A stretch of 64,000 nucleotides of DNA from Bacilli bacterium (lineage in GTDB: Bacteria; Bacillota_I; Bacilli_A; RFN20; CAG-826), in assembly GCA_045597865.1 (NCBI GenBank), contig JAZLKX010000040.1, positions 13,473 to 77,472 on the forward strand. Direction: 5' to 3'. Both the position numbers and the translations under genes were made by a program. Shown here in pieces: positions 10,360 to 19,824 of the stretch. Each line of letters begins with the position of its first letter. Within the stretch, counting starts at the first letter, position 1. The notes below the pieces were generated by a model. That model did no database searches, was not told where the DNA came from, and saw nothing but the letters and a program-made list of their open reading frames with translations.

Positions 10360-10419
10360 ATACTAGTATTATAAATCTGTTTATTTAAAAAATAAAGTTG
10401 AATATAAAAGAAAAATATA

Positions 10420-10449
10420 AAAAAACTCGCGGACAATCGCGAGTTTCTT
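10420..10449 (-). terminator. rpmE intrinsic terminator
   Basis: aaactcgcg...cgcgagttt hairpin with a U-tract. Confidence 0.7.
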
Positions 10450-10465
10450 AATTTTTAGTAGTTTC

Positions 10466-10669
10466 TTATTTTAAACCGTATTTCTTATTGAAACGATCAA
10501 CACGGCCATCAGTGGAAACGAATCTTTGCTTGCCAGTATAAAATGGGTGGCAATTTGAGCAAGTATCAACGTGGATTTCCTTGCGTGTAGAATGTGTTTT
10601 GAACTTGCTACCGCAAGAGACACAAGTAACTTCTACTTCGTAAACTTCTGGATGAATATCTTTTTTCAT
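10466..10669 (-). CDS. rpmE: 50S ribosomal protein L31 (Cys-containing, zinc-binding type)
   Basis: MKKDIHP...CVSC...[10 protein letters not shown]...[11 protein letters not shown]. Confidence 0.97.
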   Translation of the reverse strand: MKKDIHPEVYEVEVTCVSCGSKFKTHSTRKEIHVDTCSNCHPFYTGKQRFVSTDGRVDRFNKKYGLK

Positions 10670-10677
10670 AAATCTAA

Positions 10678-10718
10678 CTCCTTCCGCCTTAGGGCTCTTT
10701 GGCTCCTAAAGAAAGTGC
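10678..10718 (-). promoter_or_regulatory. Candidate L31 leader RNA (Firmicutes type)
   Basis: Hairpin CUUUAGG...CCUAAGG followed by CGGAAGGAG directly before the rpmE start. Resembles the Bacillus L31 leader layout (from recall, not searched). Confidence 0.55.
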
Positions 10719-10821
10719 CTAAATATGTTAACATGTTAAAAAGCAAAAGCAAGAAAAAATATAATTTATTTATATCTTACGAAAAAGTCTATATAATACT
10801 ATCACCACAAAGGAGAATCCT

Positions 10822-12219
10822 ATGTTAAGTAAAGCTCAAAGTTTAAGAATACTTCAAAAAGGTTTACTCACTGGTGCTGATTACGCAGAAGTTTTTATTG
10901 AGGACAAAACATCCCAAAATATCGTCATCGAAAATGGCAAAGTTGAGACCTCTTCAATTAACCGTACTTTTGGCGCTGGAGTTAGACTTTTGAAGAACTT
11001 GCAAAGTGTCTACGGATACACTAATGAAGTTAACGAAAAATCTATTACAAAATTGATTGAATCATTATCCAAATCATTTAATGAAAAACCATGTGTTTTC
11101 CTGGATAATTTAACAAAAAAGACCGCAAAAACCCTATCAAAATCAGAAATTCCTTTTGATAAAGTTAGTGATGAAGAAGTCATAAAATATCTAAAATCTG
11201 GGGAACAAATTATGCGTGATTTCGACAAGCGAATTGTCAGAACAAATTCATCCCTTTCTCATCAACATTCTTACATTCAAATTATCAACTCAAAAGGTAT
11301 GATGATTATGGATGAAAAAGAGCGCGGAAGATGTGCACTTTCTTGCGTTGCTGCAGACAATGGAAAAATTGAAACAGCATTCGAAGGCCCTGGTGCCTCC
11401 GCAGGTTTTGAATTCTTTTTAAATAATGTAAATATTAAAGAGGTTGCACATAGAGTTGCAAGCAATGCAATTATGATGCTTGAAGCTAAAGAATGCCCAA
11501 GCGGAAAAATGCCAGTTATTATCGGAAATGGATTCGGTGGAACTTTGTTCCATGAAGCATGTGGGCACCCGCTTGAAGCCAGTGCAGTCAGCAAAGGTTT
11601 ATCTGTTTTTGCAAATAAAATTGGCAAACAAATTGCGTCACCAGTGGTTTCTGCTATTGATGACGGAACAATTCCAAATGGTTGGGGTTCAAATAACGTT
11701 GATGACGAAGGAAACCCAACTCAAAAAACTTTACTTATTGAAAACGGAATTCTCAAAAATTATCTAATTGATGATTTCAATGGAAGAAGAATGGGTATGA
11801 AGGGAAACGGCGCTTGTCGTAGACAATCATATCGATTTGAACCAACTTCAAGAATGTCTAATACATTTATTTGTAACGGAAAATCGACTCCAGAAGAAAT
11901 TATTAAAGCAACTAAGTTTGGCTTATATGCCAAATCTTTAGCTGGCGGATCAGTTAATCCTGTAACTGGAGAATTTAACTTCGGTTGCTCAGTAGCTTAC
12001 ATAGTAAGAGATGGCAAAATCTGTGAACCAGTTAGGGGTGCTTCAATCATTGGAACAGGGCAAGACATTTTAATGAAAATTGACATGGTTGCAAATGACT
12101 TAGAAAGAGCTCAAGGAATGTGTGGAGCCGCTTCTGGTTATTGCCCAGTTGATGTTGGGCAACCAACAATTCGTGTTAGTGAAATGACCGTTGGTGGAAA
12201 TGGAGGAGAAATCAAATGA
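10822..12219 (+). CDS. tldD: TldD family metalloprotease
   Basis: HEACGH zinc motif, DDEG, GNGACRRQSY..PTSRMSNT and C-terminal GMCG...GQPT. Confidence 0.9.
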   Translation: MLSKAQSLRILQKGLLTGADYAEVFIEDKTSQNIVIENGKVETSSINRTFGAGVRLLKNLQSVYGYTNEVNEKSITKLIESLSKSFNEKPCVFLDNLTKKTAKTLSKSEIPFDKVSDEEVIKYLKSGEQIMRDFDKRIVRTNSSLSHQHSYIQIINSKGMMIMDEKERGRCALSCVAADNGKIETAFEGPGASAGFEFFLNNVNIKEVAHRVASNAIMMLEAKECPSGKMPVIIGNGFGGTLFHEACGHPLEASAVSKGLSVFANKIGKQIASPVVSAIDDGTIPNGWGSNNVDDEGNPTQKTLLIENGILKNYLIDDFNGRRMGMKGNGACRRQSYRFEPTSRMSNTFICNGKSTPEEIIKATKFGLYAKSLAGGSVNPVTGEFNFGCSVAYIVRDGKICEPVRGASIIGTGQDILMKIDMVANDLERAQGMCGAASGYCPVDVGQPTIRVSEMTVGGNGGEIK

Positions 12220-13547
12220 AATTAAATGAACAAAAGTTCTTTGAACTAGCTAAAGAAAATAAATTTGAGTCAGCTGACCTCTATGTTAAGAGAAATTATT
12301 CTTTATCCACCTCAATTTTCCATGGCGAAGTTGATTCGATGACTGAGCATGATTCACATCTTGTTACTGCTCGAGGAATTATTAATGGAAAGTTCGGCTC
12401 AGCTACTACAGAAGCAATTGATAAGGACGCTCCTGCTTTCCTAATTTCGAGCATAAAAAGAACTGCCGGAGTTATCGAAAATGATGACCCAAGTATTATC
12501 TTCAGAGGCAGCGAAAAATATCATAAAAAATCAGTTTTCAATAAAGCTGTTCTAAGTGGAAATATCCAGGAAAAAGTGGGTATTTTGCTTGAAATTGAGC
12601 GAAAATTGAAGGCTTTCGATAAGAGGATTGATGAAGTTGTTACGGTCGGTTATGAAGAGAGCTTGAGCGAAGAAAAATTATCAAATTCATATGGCTTAAA
12701 GCTTGCATCGAAAGTTGCTGATTATTCCTATTTTGCTGAGGTTACCGCAAAAGATGGAAATGAGGTTAGAACAGGCTTTAAAATCTTTGCTTCGATTGAT
12801 CCAAATGAGTTTGAAATTAATAAATTTGTAGAAGATTGTGCTAATGATGCACTTGGAAAACTCGGTTCAGTACAATGTAAGTCCAAAAAATACCCTGTTG
12901 TCTTTACTCCAGAGTGTGCATCAATTCTTTTACGCCATCTTTTAGAGTCTGTTGATGCTGAAGAAGTTCAAAAACACACTTCTTTGTTCGAAGGAAAGTT
13001 AAATCAGCAAATTGTTAGTAAAAAATTAACAGTTATTGAAGATCCTTTACAAAAAAATCTATTCTTTAGATATTTTGATGACGAGGGCGTCGCAACAAAC
13101 AAAAAAGCAATCATCAAAAACGGTGTCTTGGAGACATATCTTTATACTTTACAAACTGCAAAAATTGCCGGTGTTGAACCAACAGGAAACGGTTATCGTT
13201 CTGGTTCAAAAGCAACCGCAGATACCGCATTTTTAATGGTAAAACCTGGACGAAAATCAAAAAATGAACTCTTTTCCGAGATTAAAGAAGGCATTTTAAT
13301 TAATGACCTTCAAGGCCTCCATTCTGGTATGAATTCTCACTCAGGAAATTTCTCACTTCCTTGTGCTGGATTTATGATTAGAAATGGCAAGATTGCAGAA
13401 CCAGTTGCTCTAATTACAGTTGCTGACAACTTAGTAAATATGTTCTCTAATATTAAGGGTTTGTCCAAGGAAACAGAAATTGTTATTAGAACCACCACAC
13501 AATGTCCATATATTTATATAAACAAAATGGCAATCAGCGGAAAATAA
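12216..13547 (+). CDS. pmbA: TldE/PmbA family protein
   Basis: FDDEGV, TGNG and GLHSG..SGNFS motifs, no HExxH. Overlaps the tldD stop (ATGA). Confidence 0.85.
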   Translation: MKLNEQKFFELAKENKFESADLYVKRNYSLSTSIFHGEVDSMTEHDSHLVTARGIINGKFGSATTEAIDKDAPAFLISSIKRTAGVIENDDPSIIFRGSEKYHKKSVFNKAVLSGNIQEKVGILLEIERKLKAFDKRIDEVVTVGYEESLSEEKLSNSYGLKLASKVADYSYFAEVTAKDGNEVRTGFKIFASIDPNEFEINKFVEDCANDALGKLGSVQCKSKKYPVVFTPECASILLRHLLESVDAEEVQKHTSLFEGKLNQQIVSKKLTVIEDPLQKNLFFRYFDDEGVATNKKAIIKNGVLETYLYTLQTAKIAGVEPTGNGYRSGSKATADTAFLMVKPGRKSKNELFSEIKEGILINDLQGLHSGMNSHSGNFSLPCAGFMIRNGKIAEPVALITVADNLVNMFSNIKGLSKETEIVIRTTTQCPYIYINKMAISGK

Positions 13548-13598
13548 TAGACAAAATTTAAAAATAAATATAAAATTTTGAGTTAGGAGGAGAAAACT

Positions 13599-15218
13599 AT
13601 GAGAAAAATATTGGTTCGTATATTTAATCTTGTCTTCTTAGTTGCTGCAGCAATGTCAATTGTGGCTTTTTTAACCAAACCTTTGGTTACATTACAAGTT
13701 TCAGTTTCTATTCCTGCAACACAAATAGCTAGTATGATTCCTGCTGAAGAGGAAGAAACACCAGCAAAAAACTATATTATGCGTGAAGAATCATCTGAAG
13801 ATGAATTTAGTCTTTCAGATTTATTAACTGAAGAAAATCTTGCGAGTGCTGGCGCTGGAGACTTAACACTTTCGTTTGATATACATGTTTCTCCAGATAA
13901 CATCAAAACCTATTTTGATTTAGAAAATAACTATGTTATCCTCGAAAAAGCTGTAGATGAATTCCTTACTAAGTTCATTGAAGACGCTTATACATATGTG
14001 TCAGAAATTATGGTTATTGTTACAAAAATTGTTGCAAAAGACGTTATTACTGACCAAGTCAAACAACAAATTAAAGATCAATTAGCTAAATCAGGAACTG
14101 CTGGTGACGAAAATGAAATTTTCGCTTCAAGTGGTTGTGAAGAAAAAGTTGATAAATTAGTTGATAAAGTTGTTGATGAATTTGCCGAAGGTAACGTTCC
14201 AATTGCTGATTTGGCAGCAACAATCACCGATGATGAAGAGTGTGGTGTTAAAGGCATCTTAACAAGTTTAAAAGAAAGCAATGTTCCTGGATTTGAGGAT
14301 ATCGACGTCAACACAGTTAAAGCTGAAGATATTCAAGGACCAATGACAGAAGCATTACAAAGCGTTCCAGGTTTAGTTGAAGAAAGAACAAAACTTGATG
14401 CAAATGGAAATCCTGTTTATGATGCTGATGGTAACGAAGTTAAAGAATTAATTGTTACTGATATTGCTACAGCATTAATTACCATTATCGAAAACGCTAA
14501 TAAAATTGGAAATGAAACACAATCATCTGGCGATCCAAAAGCAGATACTACTGAAGTAGATCAAGGTGAAGATTCATTACACATCATTGATTCAGAACCT
14601 ACAGGGGAAGAGCCAAAAGAAGAAACAAAGGCTCTTAGAATTATGCGTGACGAACCAGGCGCAAGTGAAACTTCTAAGGAAGAAGAACTTAAACAAAAGG
14701 TCACTGAATTTATCAAAGGTTTAATTCCATTCGATATTAATAATATCGATTACTCAGCTGGTGGCATTATGCCATATGTCTTACTTGGAGTTATTTTATT
14801 AGGAATTTTCCCATGGGCATTGTTTGCTGTCTTTACAATTATCAGAACAATTAGAAAGAAAAAATGCTGGACAAAACCTTGGATTGTATTTGTATTTGCA
14901 TGTACTCAATTAGTTTTCGGTGTCATTATTACACTCGTATTTAAATTTGGTACACCGCTAATCATGCAAGTTGCTGGAGAACAAATCCCAGCAGAAGCAC
15001 AAGGCTTATTAGCTGGATTAAATGTTGTATTTAAAACAGCTGCATTTGTTCCATCAATCATTTATTTATCAATGATTCCTGTTTCAATTGTCTACTTAAT
15101 CATTGCTCATAAAGTCAAAAAGGATTTTAAACAAGACAAAAAAGACAAAAAGCAATCAAAGAAAGACAAAAAGCATTCCAAAAAGAATGACGATGTTGTC
15201 GTTGAACAAGCAGCATAA
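13599..15218 (+). CDS. Hypothetical membrane protein with large acidic extracellular domain
   Basis: N-terminal TM helix, ~350-aa D/E-rich region, three C-terminal TM helices and a Lys-rich tail. SD AGGAGG. Confidence 0.75.
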   Translation: MRKILVRIFNLVFLVAAAMSIVAFLTKPLVTLQVSVSIPATQIASMIPAEEEETPAKNYIMREESSEDEFSLSDLLTEENLASAGAGDLTLSFDIHVSPDNIKTYFDLENNYVILEKAVDEFLTKFIEDAYTYVSEIMVIVTKIVAKDVITDQVKQQIKDQLAKSGTAGDENEIFASSGCEEKVDKLVDKVVDEFAEGNVPIADLAATITDDEECGVKGILTSLKESNVPGFEDIDVNTVKAEDIQGPMTEALQSVPGLVEERTKLDANGNPVYDADGNEVKELIVTDIATALITIIENANKIGNETQSSGDPKADTTEVDQGEDSLHIIDSEPTGEEPKEETKALRIMRDEPGASETSKEEELKQKVTEFIKGLIPFDINNIDYSAGGIMPYVLLGVILLGIFPWALFAVFTIIRTIRKKKCWTKPWIVFVFACTQLVFGVIITLVFKFGTPLIMQVAGEQIPAEAQGLLAGLNVVFKTAAFVPSIIYLSMIPVSIVYLIIAHKVKKDFKQDKKDKKQSKKDKKHSKKNDDVVVEQAA

Positions 15219-15238
15219 TTAATGTATTAATTAAAATA

Positions 15239-15270
15239 AAAACATCAGGTTATTTGCCTGATGTTTTTTC
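15239..15270. terminator. Bidirectional terminator between convergent genes
   Basis: aaaacatcagg...cctgatgtttt. Confidence 0.7.
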
Positions 15271-15271
15271 T

Positions 15272-16123
15272 TTATTTCTTTAAATATAGAATGCCTAGCG
15301 TGCCTGACCCACAGTGTGAACCAATAACAGCTCCAGCAGTTGTAACTTCAATACATTTTGGATCAACAAGTTTTCCAACTTCTTCTTTAACCCATTCTAC
15401 CATTCCTGGTGCCATACCAGTGTGTGTAATAAACACAACTGTTTGATCAACATTAGGTAAATCTTCTTTAAGACCTGCAAGTTGTTCATTAATTGCAACT
15501 TTCATTGGGCCACGTGGTTTTTTATAAACCACAAGTTTGCCATCAATAACTCTTAAGAACGGACGAATGTGAAGCAAAGTTCCCATTACTTTAGCTGCTC
15601 CAGAGCATCTACCACCTTTGTAAAGGTATTCGAATTGTTCAATTGAAAATTGACCTATTACGTTTGGAACAAGTTTTTGAACTTCTTCAGCAATTTCTAC
15701 AGCAGATTTGCCTTCATCACGTAATTTTGCTGCATGAATTGCTAAAATTGCAGATGCTGAAGACAAGTTTTTAGAGTCAATTAATGCGACTCTTCCTTCT
15801 GGGAATGATTGCTTTGCAATAAATGCTGATTGAAATGCACTAGAGAGGGTTGAACCAATACCAACATAGACAACATCCATACCTTGATCAATGAATTTTT
15901 TGAATTCTTCTTCGAAGATAGCAGATGAAACTGCTGCTGTATGTGGAAGTTCTCCATATTCTTTAACTTTTGCATATAATTGCTCAAGTGTGATGGTTTG
16001 ACCATCAATATAATCTTCCTCACCAAAGTTTACATGAAGAGGAATAACATGAATGTTATATTTTTTATATAATTCAGGGGTGATATCAAGTGTTGAATCA
16101 CAGACAATTTGTACTTTGTTCAT
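15272..16123 (-). CDS. DegV family fatty-acid-binding protein
   Basis: DSTLD, IPLHV, LSSAFQSA, IDSKNLS, LYKGGR and IGSHCG motifs. Confidence 0.92.
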   Translation of the reverse strand: MNKVQIVCDSTLDITPELYKKYNIHVIPLHVNFGEEDYIDGQTITLEQLYAKVKEYGELPHTAAVSSAIFEEEFKKFIDQGMDVVYVGIGSTLSSAFQSAFIAKQSFPEGRVALIDSKNLSSASAILAIHAAKLRDEGKSAVEIAEEVQKLVPNVIGQFSIEQFEYLYKGGRCSGAAKVMGTLLHIRPFLRVIDGKLVVYKKPRGPMKVAINEQLAGLKEDLPNVDQTVVFITHTGMAPGMVEWVKEEVGKLVDPKCIEVTTAGAVIGSHCGSGTLGILYLKK

Positions 16124-16212
16124 ATCTAAACTCCGCGATATATTATATCAAAATAAGTAGAAAAGGAAATAAAACTGATTTATAATCAATTTTAATTGGA
16201 GGCTATTTTAAA

Positions 16213-16896
16213 ATGGCAAAAGAAAAGAAAGAAAAGAAATTAAAAGCCAAAGGCAAAGGCGTTTGGGCTGAATTCAAGGCTTTCATTACCAGAGGTAGTG
16301 TTCTTGATATGGCAGTCGGTGTTGTCGTTGGTGGCGCATTCGGCGCAATTGTTACAGCAGTTGTTAACATTTTGTTAAGTGTCTGTACATGGGCAGTTCC
16401 TGGTGGACTTAATGGTTTAATTACAGTTCTCCCAGCTCTCAATGATGCACAAAAAGGCATGGATGGCAGCATTGGCTTAGGTCAAACATTTGCAAAAGGC
16501 GATTTACAAAATTTAGCTCAAGCATTAGCAACAAAAACTTATGAAGGCACACCAGATGCACTTCTTATTGAAAGCACAAAGAGCACAATTTTAAGTAAAT
16601 ATACTCTTTATGGCAACACATATGCATATAACATGTCATCCATTATCAACTGGGGTGCAGTTATTAACGCATTCATTTCATTCATCATCATTGCTCTCGT
16701 TCTCTTTATCATTGTTAAAGTTGCAGCATCATTAGCAAAAGCAAGAGATGAAGCAAAAGCAAAAGCTCTTGAAGAACACTACAAGAAACACCCAGAAGAT
16801 AGACCGGTTGTTGAAGAAGCACCAGCTCCAGCACCAACTGAAGCAGAAATTCTTACTGAGATCCGTGATCTTTTAAAAGAAAAGAAAGCTAAATAA
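16213..16896 (+). CDS. mscL: Large-conductance mechanosensitive channel, long form
   Basis: EFKAFITRGSVLDMAVGVVVGGAFGAIV...FIIIALVLF...LTEIRDLL. Confidence 0.88.
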   Translation: MAKEKKEKKLKAKGKGVWAEFKAFITRGSVLDMAVGVVVGGAFGAIVTAVVNILLSVCTWAVPGGLNGLITVLPALNDAQKGMDGSIGLGQTFAKGDLQNLAQALATKTYEGTPDALLIESTKSTILSKYTLYGNTYAYNMSSIINWGAVINAFISFIIIALVLFIIVKVAASLAKARDEAKAKALEEHYKKHPEDRPVVEEAPAPAPTEAEILTEIRDLLKEKKAK

Positions 16897-16900
16897 GTAA

Positions 16901-17230
16901 ATGACGGTAATTGAGAAAGTAGCGTTTTTACAAAAATCGTACAATCTCAATGATCGTGCTTTTTGTTCGCGCTTCCGTATTAAATATGGATTGCTTAAAA
17001 AATGGAAAGATGGACTAGCACAACCAGAATCAAAATATTTGTTCTATTTATGCTGTGAACTTGAATTGGACATAGATGACTTTATGTCTAAAGATTCAAC
17101 CCTTTCAAAAGAGGGAATGAAAAACGACGAGCACATATGCAAAATACACAAAAAGGGTACACCCGTTGAGTCTGAAGTGCTTGAAGACTTCCCTAGAGAA
17201 GACAATTCTCGTTACGAAGAAAAAGATTAA
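16901..17230 (+). CDS. Hypothetical protein with XRE-like HTH N-terminus
   Basis: The pattern L....F...F......LKKW..G...P....L..LC..L is XRE-like. Starts 4 nt after the mscL stop. Confidence 0.55.
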   Translation: MTVIEKVAFLQKSYNLNDRAFCSRFRIKYGLLKKWKDGLAQPESKYLFYLCCELELDIDDFMSKDSTLSKEGMKNDEHICKIHKKGTPVESEVLEDFPREDNSRYEEKD

Positions 17231-17261
17231 TTTATTCTTATCTAACAAAAAAATGCAACCG

Positions 17262-18398
17262 CTATTCGGCTGCATTTTCTTTTTGCTCTTCTTTCCATTT
17301 TGGATGAGCTTTATAAACTTTATCCAATGCTATATTAAATAATTTTTCCTCAATAGGCGCACGTTGTTTTAAAGCGCGTTTCATTGCTTTGTCTTTCTTG
17401 CTTAGAGCATATTTTACTTCGGCTTGTGATTTTTCTAAGATACCAGAGATTAGCACGTATGCGCGCAAAGATTCCATTGAAACATCATTGGCAATGTATC
17501 TTCTAATCTTATCATCACAAAGTTCGTCGTAAATCTTTTTTGCTTCCTCTACTTCTTTAGTCATAATTGCTATATAAAGTTTTTGAGAAATTAAGTGATA
17601 ATGGGTAGACGGTTCGAGTTTTTTGCTATTATTAAGCATTAAATCAACAATTTTTTCGGCACCAGGAAGATTTCCATTTTCTAAATCTTTATATACTGTA
17701 AATAAGTTAATGTTTGCAGTGTACTCAGTAATATCTTCAAACACTTTTAATTCAGGAACTGGTTTTCCATTTTTTTCTAAATCTTCCGCGCGTAACAATT
17801 CATTGTAAGCGACAACGTTTGCAGGTTTAGAAATTAAAATCATTCTGTAGCCATCTGTCATAGTATCAAGCTTAATAGGAACCAAATTATATAAGGCAAT
17901 CATGCTTGATACGATAACAAACAAAATCCCACAAGTACCTAGCCAGCTTACTTCAGAACTATTATTGGTTGTCATATGTGAATACAGAACGATTCCGGTG
18001 GCCAATTCTACAGCATATCCAAATAAAGGTAACCAAATATAAGGTTTTAAACTTAAGTTTTCCTTTTTTGGAGCTAATTTTGTTTCGCCTGTTAAGCCAT
18101 CAAAATCTTTAAATCTAAATTTGAATTTGCCTTCTTTTTTCTCAAAGCAAAAACCCAAAATATTAATAGAAGACACGCGATAGCCACCTATTAAACCTCC
18201 TAATGCATGTAATAATTCAAGCATAATAATGTTAAAGAGTAAGCCTATAGCAATAACAATAAGTACAAAAACATAATCAACAATATGACCAGTTCCACAT
18301 AAGTTGATTGCGTTTTTAACAGCCGTTAATCCAATAGCACCAGCTAAAATAATCATTAATGCATAAACGACAAGGGAAGCAATTTCTTCTTTTCTCAT
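17262..18398 (-). CDS. M50/site-2-protease-like membrane protein with degenerate zinc motif
   Basis: LELLHALGG..GGY in place of HExxH, and NLVP......DG present. Several TM helices and a helical C-terminal domain. Confidence 0.6.
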   Translation of the reverse strand: MRKEEIASLVVYALMIILAGAIGLTAVKNAINLCGTGHIVDYVFVLIVIAIGLLFNIIMLELLHALGGLIGGYRVSSINILGFCFEKKEGKFKFRFKDFDGLTGETKLAPKKENLSLKPYIWLPLFGYAVELATGIVLYSHMTTNNSSEVSWLGTCGILFVIVSSMIALYNLVPIKLDTMTDGYRMILISKPANVVAYNELLRAEDLEKNGKPVPELKVFEDITEYTANINLFTVYKDLENGNLPGAEKIVDLMLNNSKKLEPSTHYHLISQKLYIAIMTKEVEEAKKIYDELCDDKIRRYIANDVSMESLRAYVLISGILEKSQAEVKYALSKKDKAMKRALKQRAPIEEKLFNIALDKVYKAHPKWKEEQKENAAE

Positions 18399-18406
18399 AT
18401 TTACTC

Positions 18407-18928
18407 CTATCTTCTATTTAGATCAGATTGATACTGATTAACTAAATAAAACCAAACAGTGGTTAATCTTTTTATTAATGAAGATGATTTTTCTTTTCTT
18501 TTATTTGAGACCCAAAAGTTGATCTCGTTGGCACTTAGTACCGATATATAACGTGTAATTTCAACACCTGCAACATTATGATTCTTAAGTAACGCCCCCA
18601 CCTTTGTATAGAAATATGAGAACATAAACGAATAGAATTTATCAGATGCATATGACTTAATAATTGAATTGATATAACTTATGTTTTGAGTAATGTAAGT
18701 TATCATTTCTTTAACAATTGATTCGTAGTCCAAAAATTTCTTTCCATAACCAATCTTGGCTTTAAGGAAAGTTGCTTCCACTACATCAGAAATATCTCTG
18801 AAGTGATAATAGAACGTTTGGCGATTAGAATGAACTAATTCACAAAGCCCTATTACGTTTATATCTTCAAGAGGTTTTTCTTTAAGTAATGTTTTTAATC
18901 CTTCTTGGAATACTTGCTCAATTTTCAT
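18407..18928 (-). CDS. TetR/AcrR family transcriptional regulator
   Basis: LLKEKPLEDINV..LC.....NRQTFYYHFRD HTH. Confidence 0.85.
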   Translation of the reverse strand: MKIEQVFQEGLKTLLKEKPLEDINVIGLCELVHSNRQTFYYHFRDISDVVEATFLKAKIGYGKKFLDYESIVKEMITYITQNISYINSIIKSYASDKFYSFMFSYFYTKVGALLKNHNVAGVEITRYISVLSANEINFWVSNKRKEKSSSLIKRLTTVWFYLVNQYQSDLNRR

Positions 18929-19824
18929 AAGTTACAAAGTTCTTTAGCAATCTCTGCTCCTAATGCAGCATTATTCTTAACAAGTTGAATATTTGCTTCA
19001 AGTGATAAGCCACCTGTAATTTCAACAATAGTTTTCAATAGATATGGGGTAATGTTCTTTCCGGAGATGCCATCTTTCTTAGCTCTCTTGAGTGCTTTAT
19101 TAATAGCAAAGTCCACTGCTTTTCTATCCATTGCATATTGCTCTGGAATTGGATTGGCAACTAATACACCACCATCAAACTTATTGTCACGTTTAGATTT
19201 AATGATACTTGCGACTTCAAGTGGTGAGTTAACAACTGTCTCAACTTTAATGCCTGAGCTTCTTGTATAGAACTCTGGGAATTCATCTGTACCATAAGTT
19301 AAAACAGGAACACCTTTTGTTTCTAAAATTTCAAGAGTAAGTGGTAAGTCTAGAATTGCTTTAACACCTGCTGAAACAACAGTAACATTTGTCTTACCTA
19401 ATTCTTCTAAATCGGCTGATACGTCAAAGCTTTGTTGAGCGCCTCTATGTGCGCCACCGACGCCACCCGTTACGAATATTTCAATACCTGCACGAGCTGC
19501 AAGAATCATTGTGCCAGCCACTGTTGTAGCTCCCCAAAGTTTCTTGGCAAAGACAACTGGCAAATCTCTTCTTGATACTTTTGTAATGCCTTCTCTTTTG
19601 CCAAACTCTTCTATTTGTTCTGGGCTCATTCCAATAACTGGTTCACCATCAATAATACCGATGGTTGCTGGTAGAACACCGTGCTCACGTATTACAGCTT
19701 CAACTTCTAATGCTGTTTTAACGTTCTTTGGATATGGCATACCATGAGAAATAATTGTTGATTCTAATGCAACAACTGGTTTGCCATTTTTAATAGCGTC
19801 TTGTACTTCCTTAGAAATGATCAT
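18925..19824 (-). CDS. psuG: Pseudouridine-5'-phosphate glycosidase
   Basis: VVALESTIISHGMPYP, KVSRRD, ATTVA, DVSADL and ANIQLVKNNA motifs. Start reassigned to ATG 19824 (SD GAGGA). Confidence 0.93.
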   Translation of the reverse strand: MIISKEVQDAIKNGKPVVALESTIISHGMPYPKNVKTALEVEAVIREHGVLPATIGIIDGEPVIGMSPEQIEEFGKREGITKVSRRDLPVVFAKKLWGATTVAGTMILAARAGIEIFVTGGVGGAHRGAQQSFDVSADLEELGKTNVTVVSAGVKAILDLPLTLEILETKGVPVLTYGTDEFPEFYTRSSGIKVETVVNSPLEVASIIKSKRDNKFDGGVLVANPIPEQYAMDRKAVDFAINKALKRAKKDGISGKNITPYLLKTIVEITGGLSLEANIQLVKNNAALGAEIAKELCNL

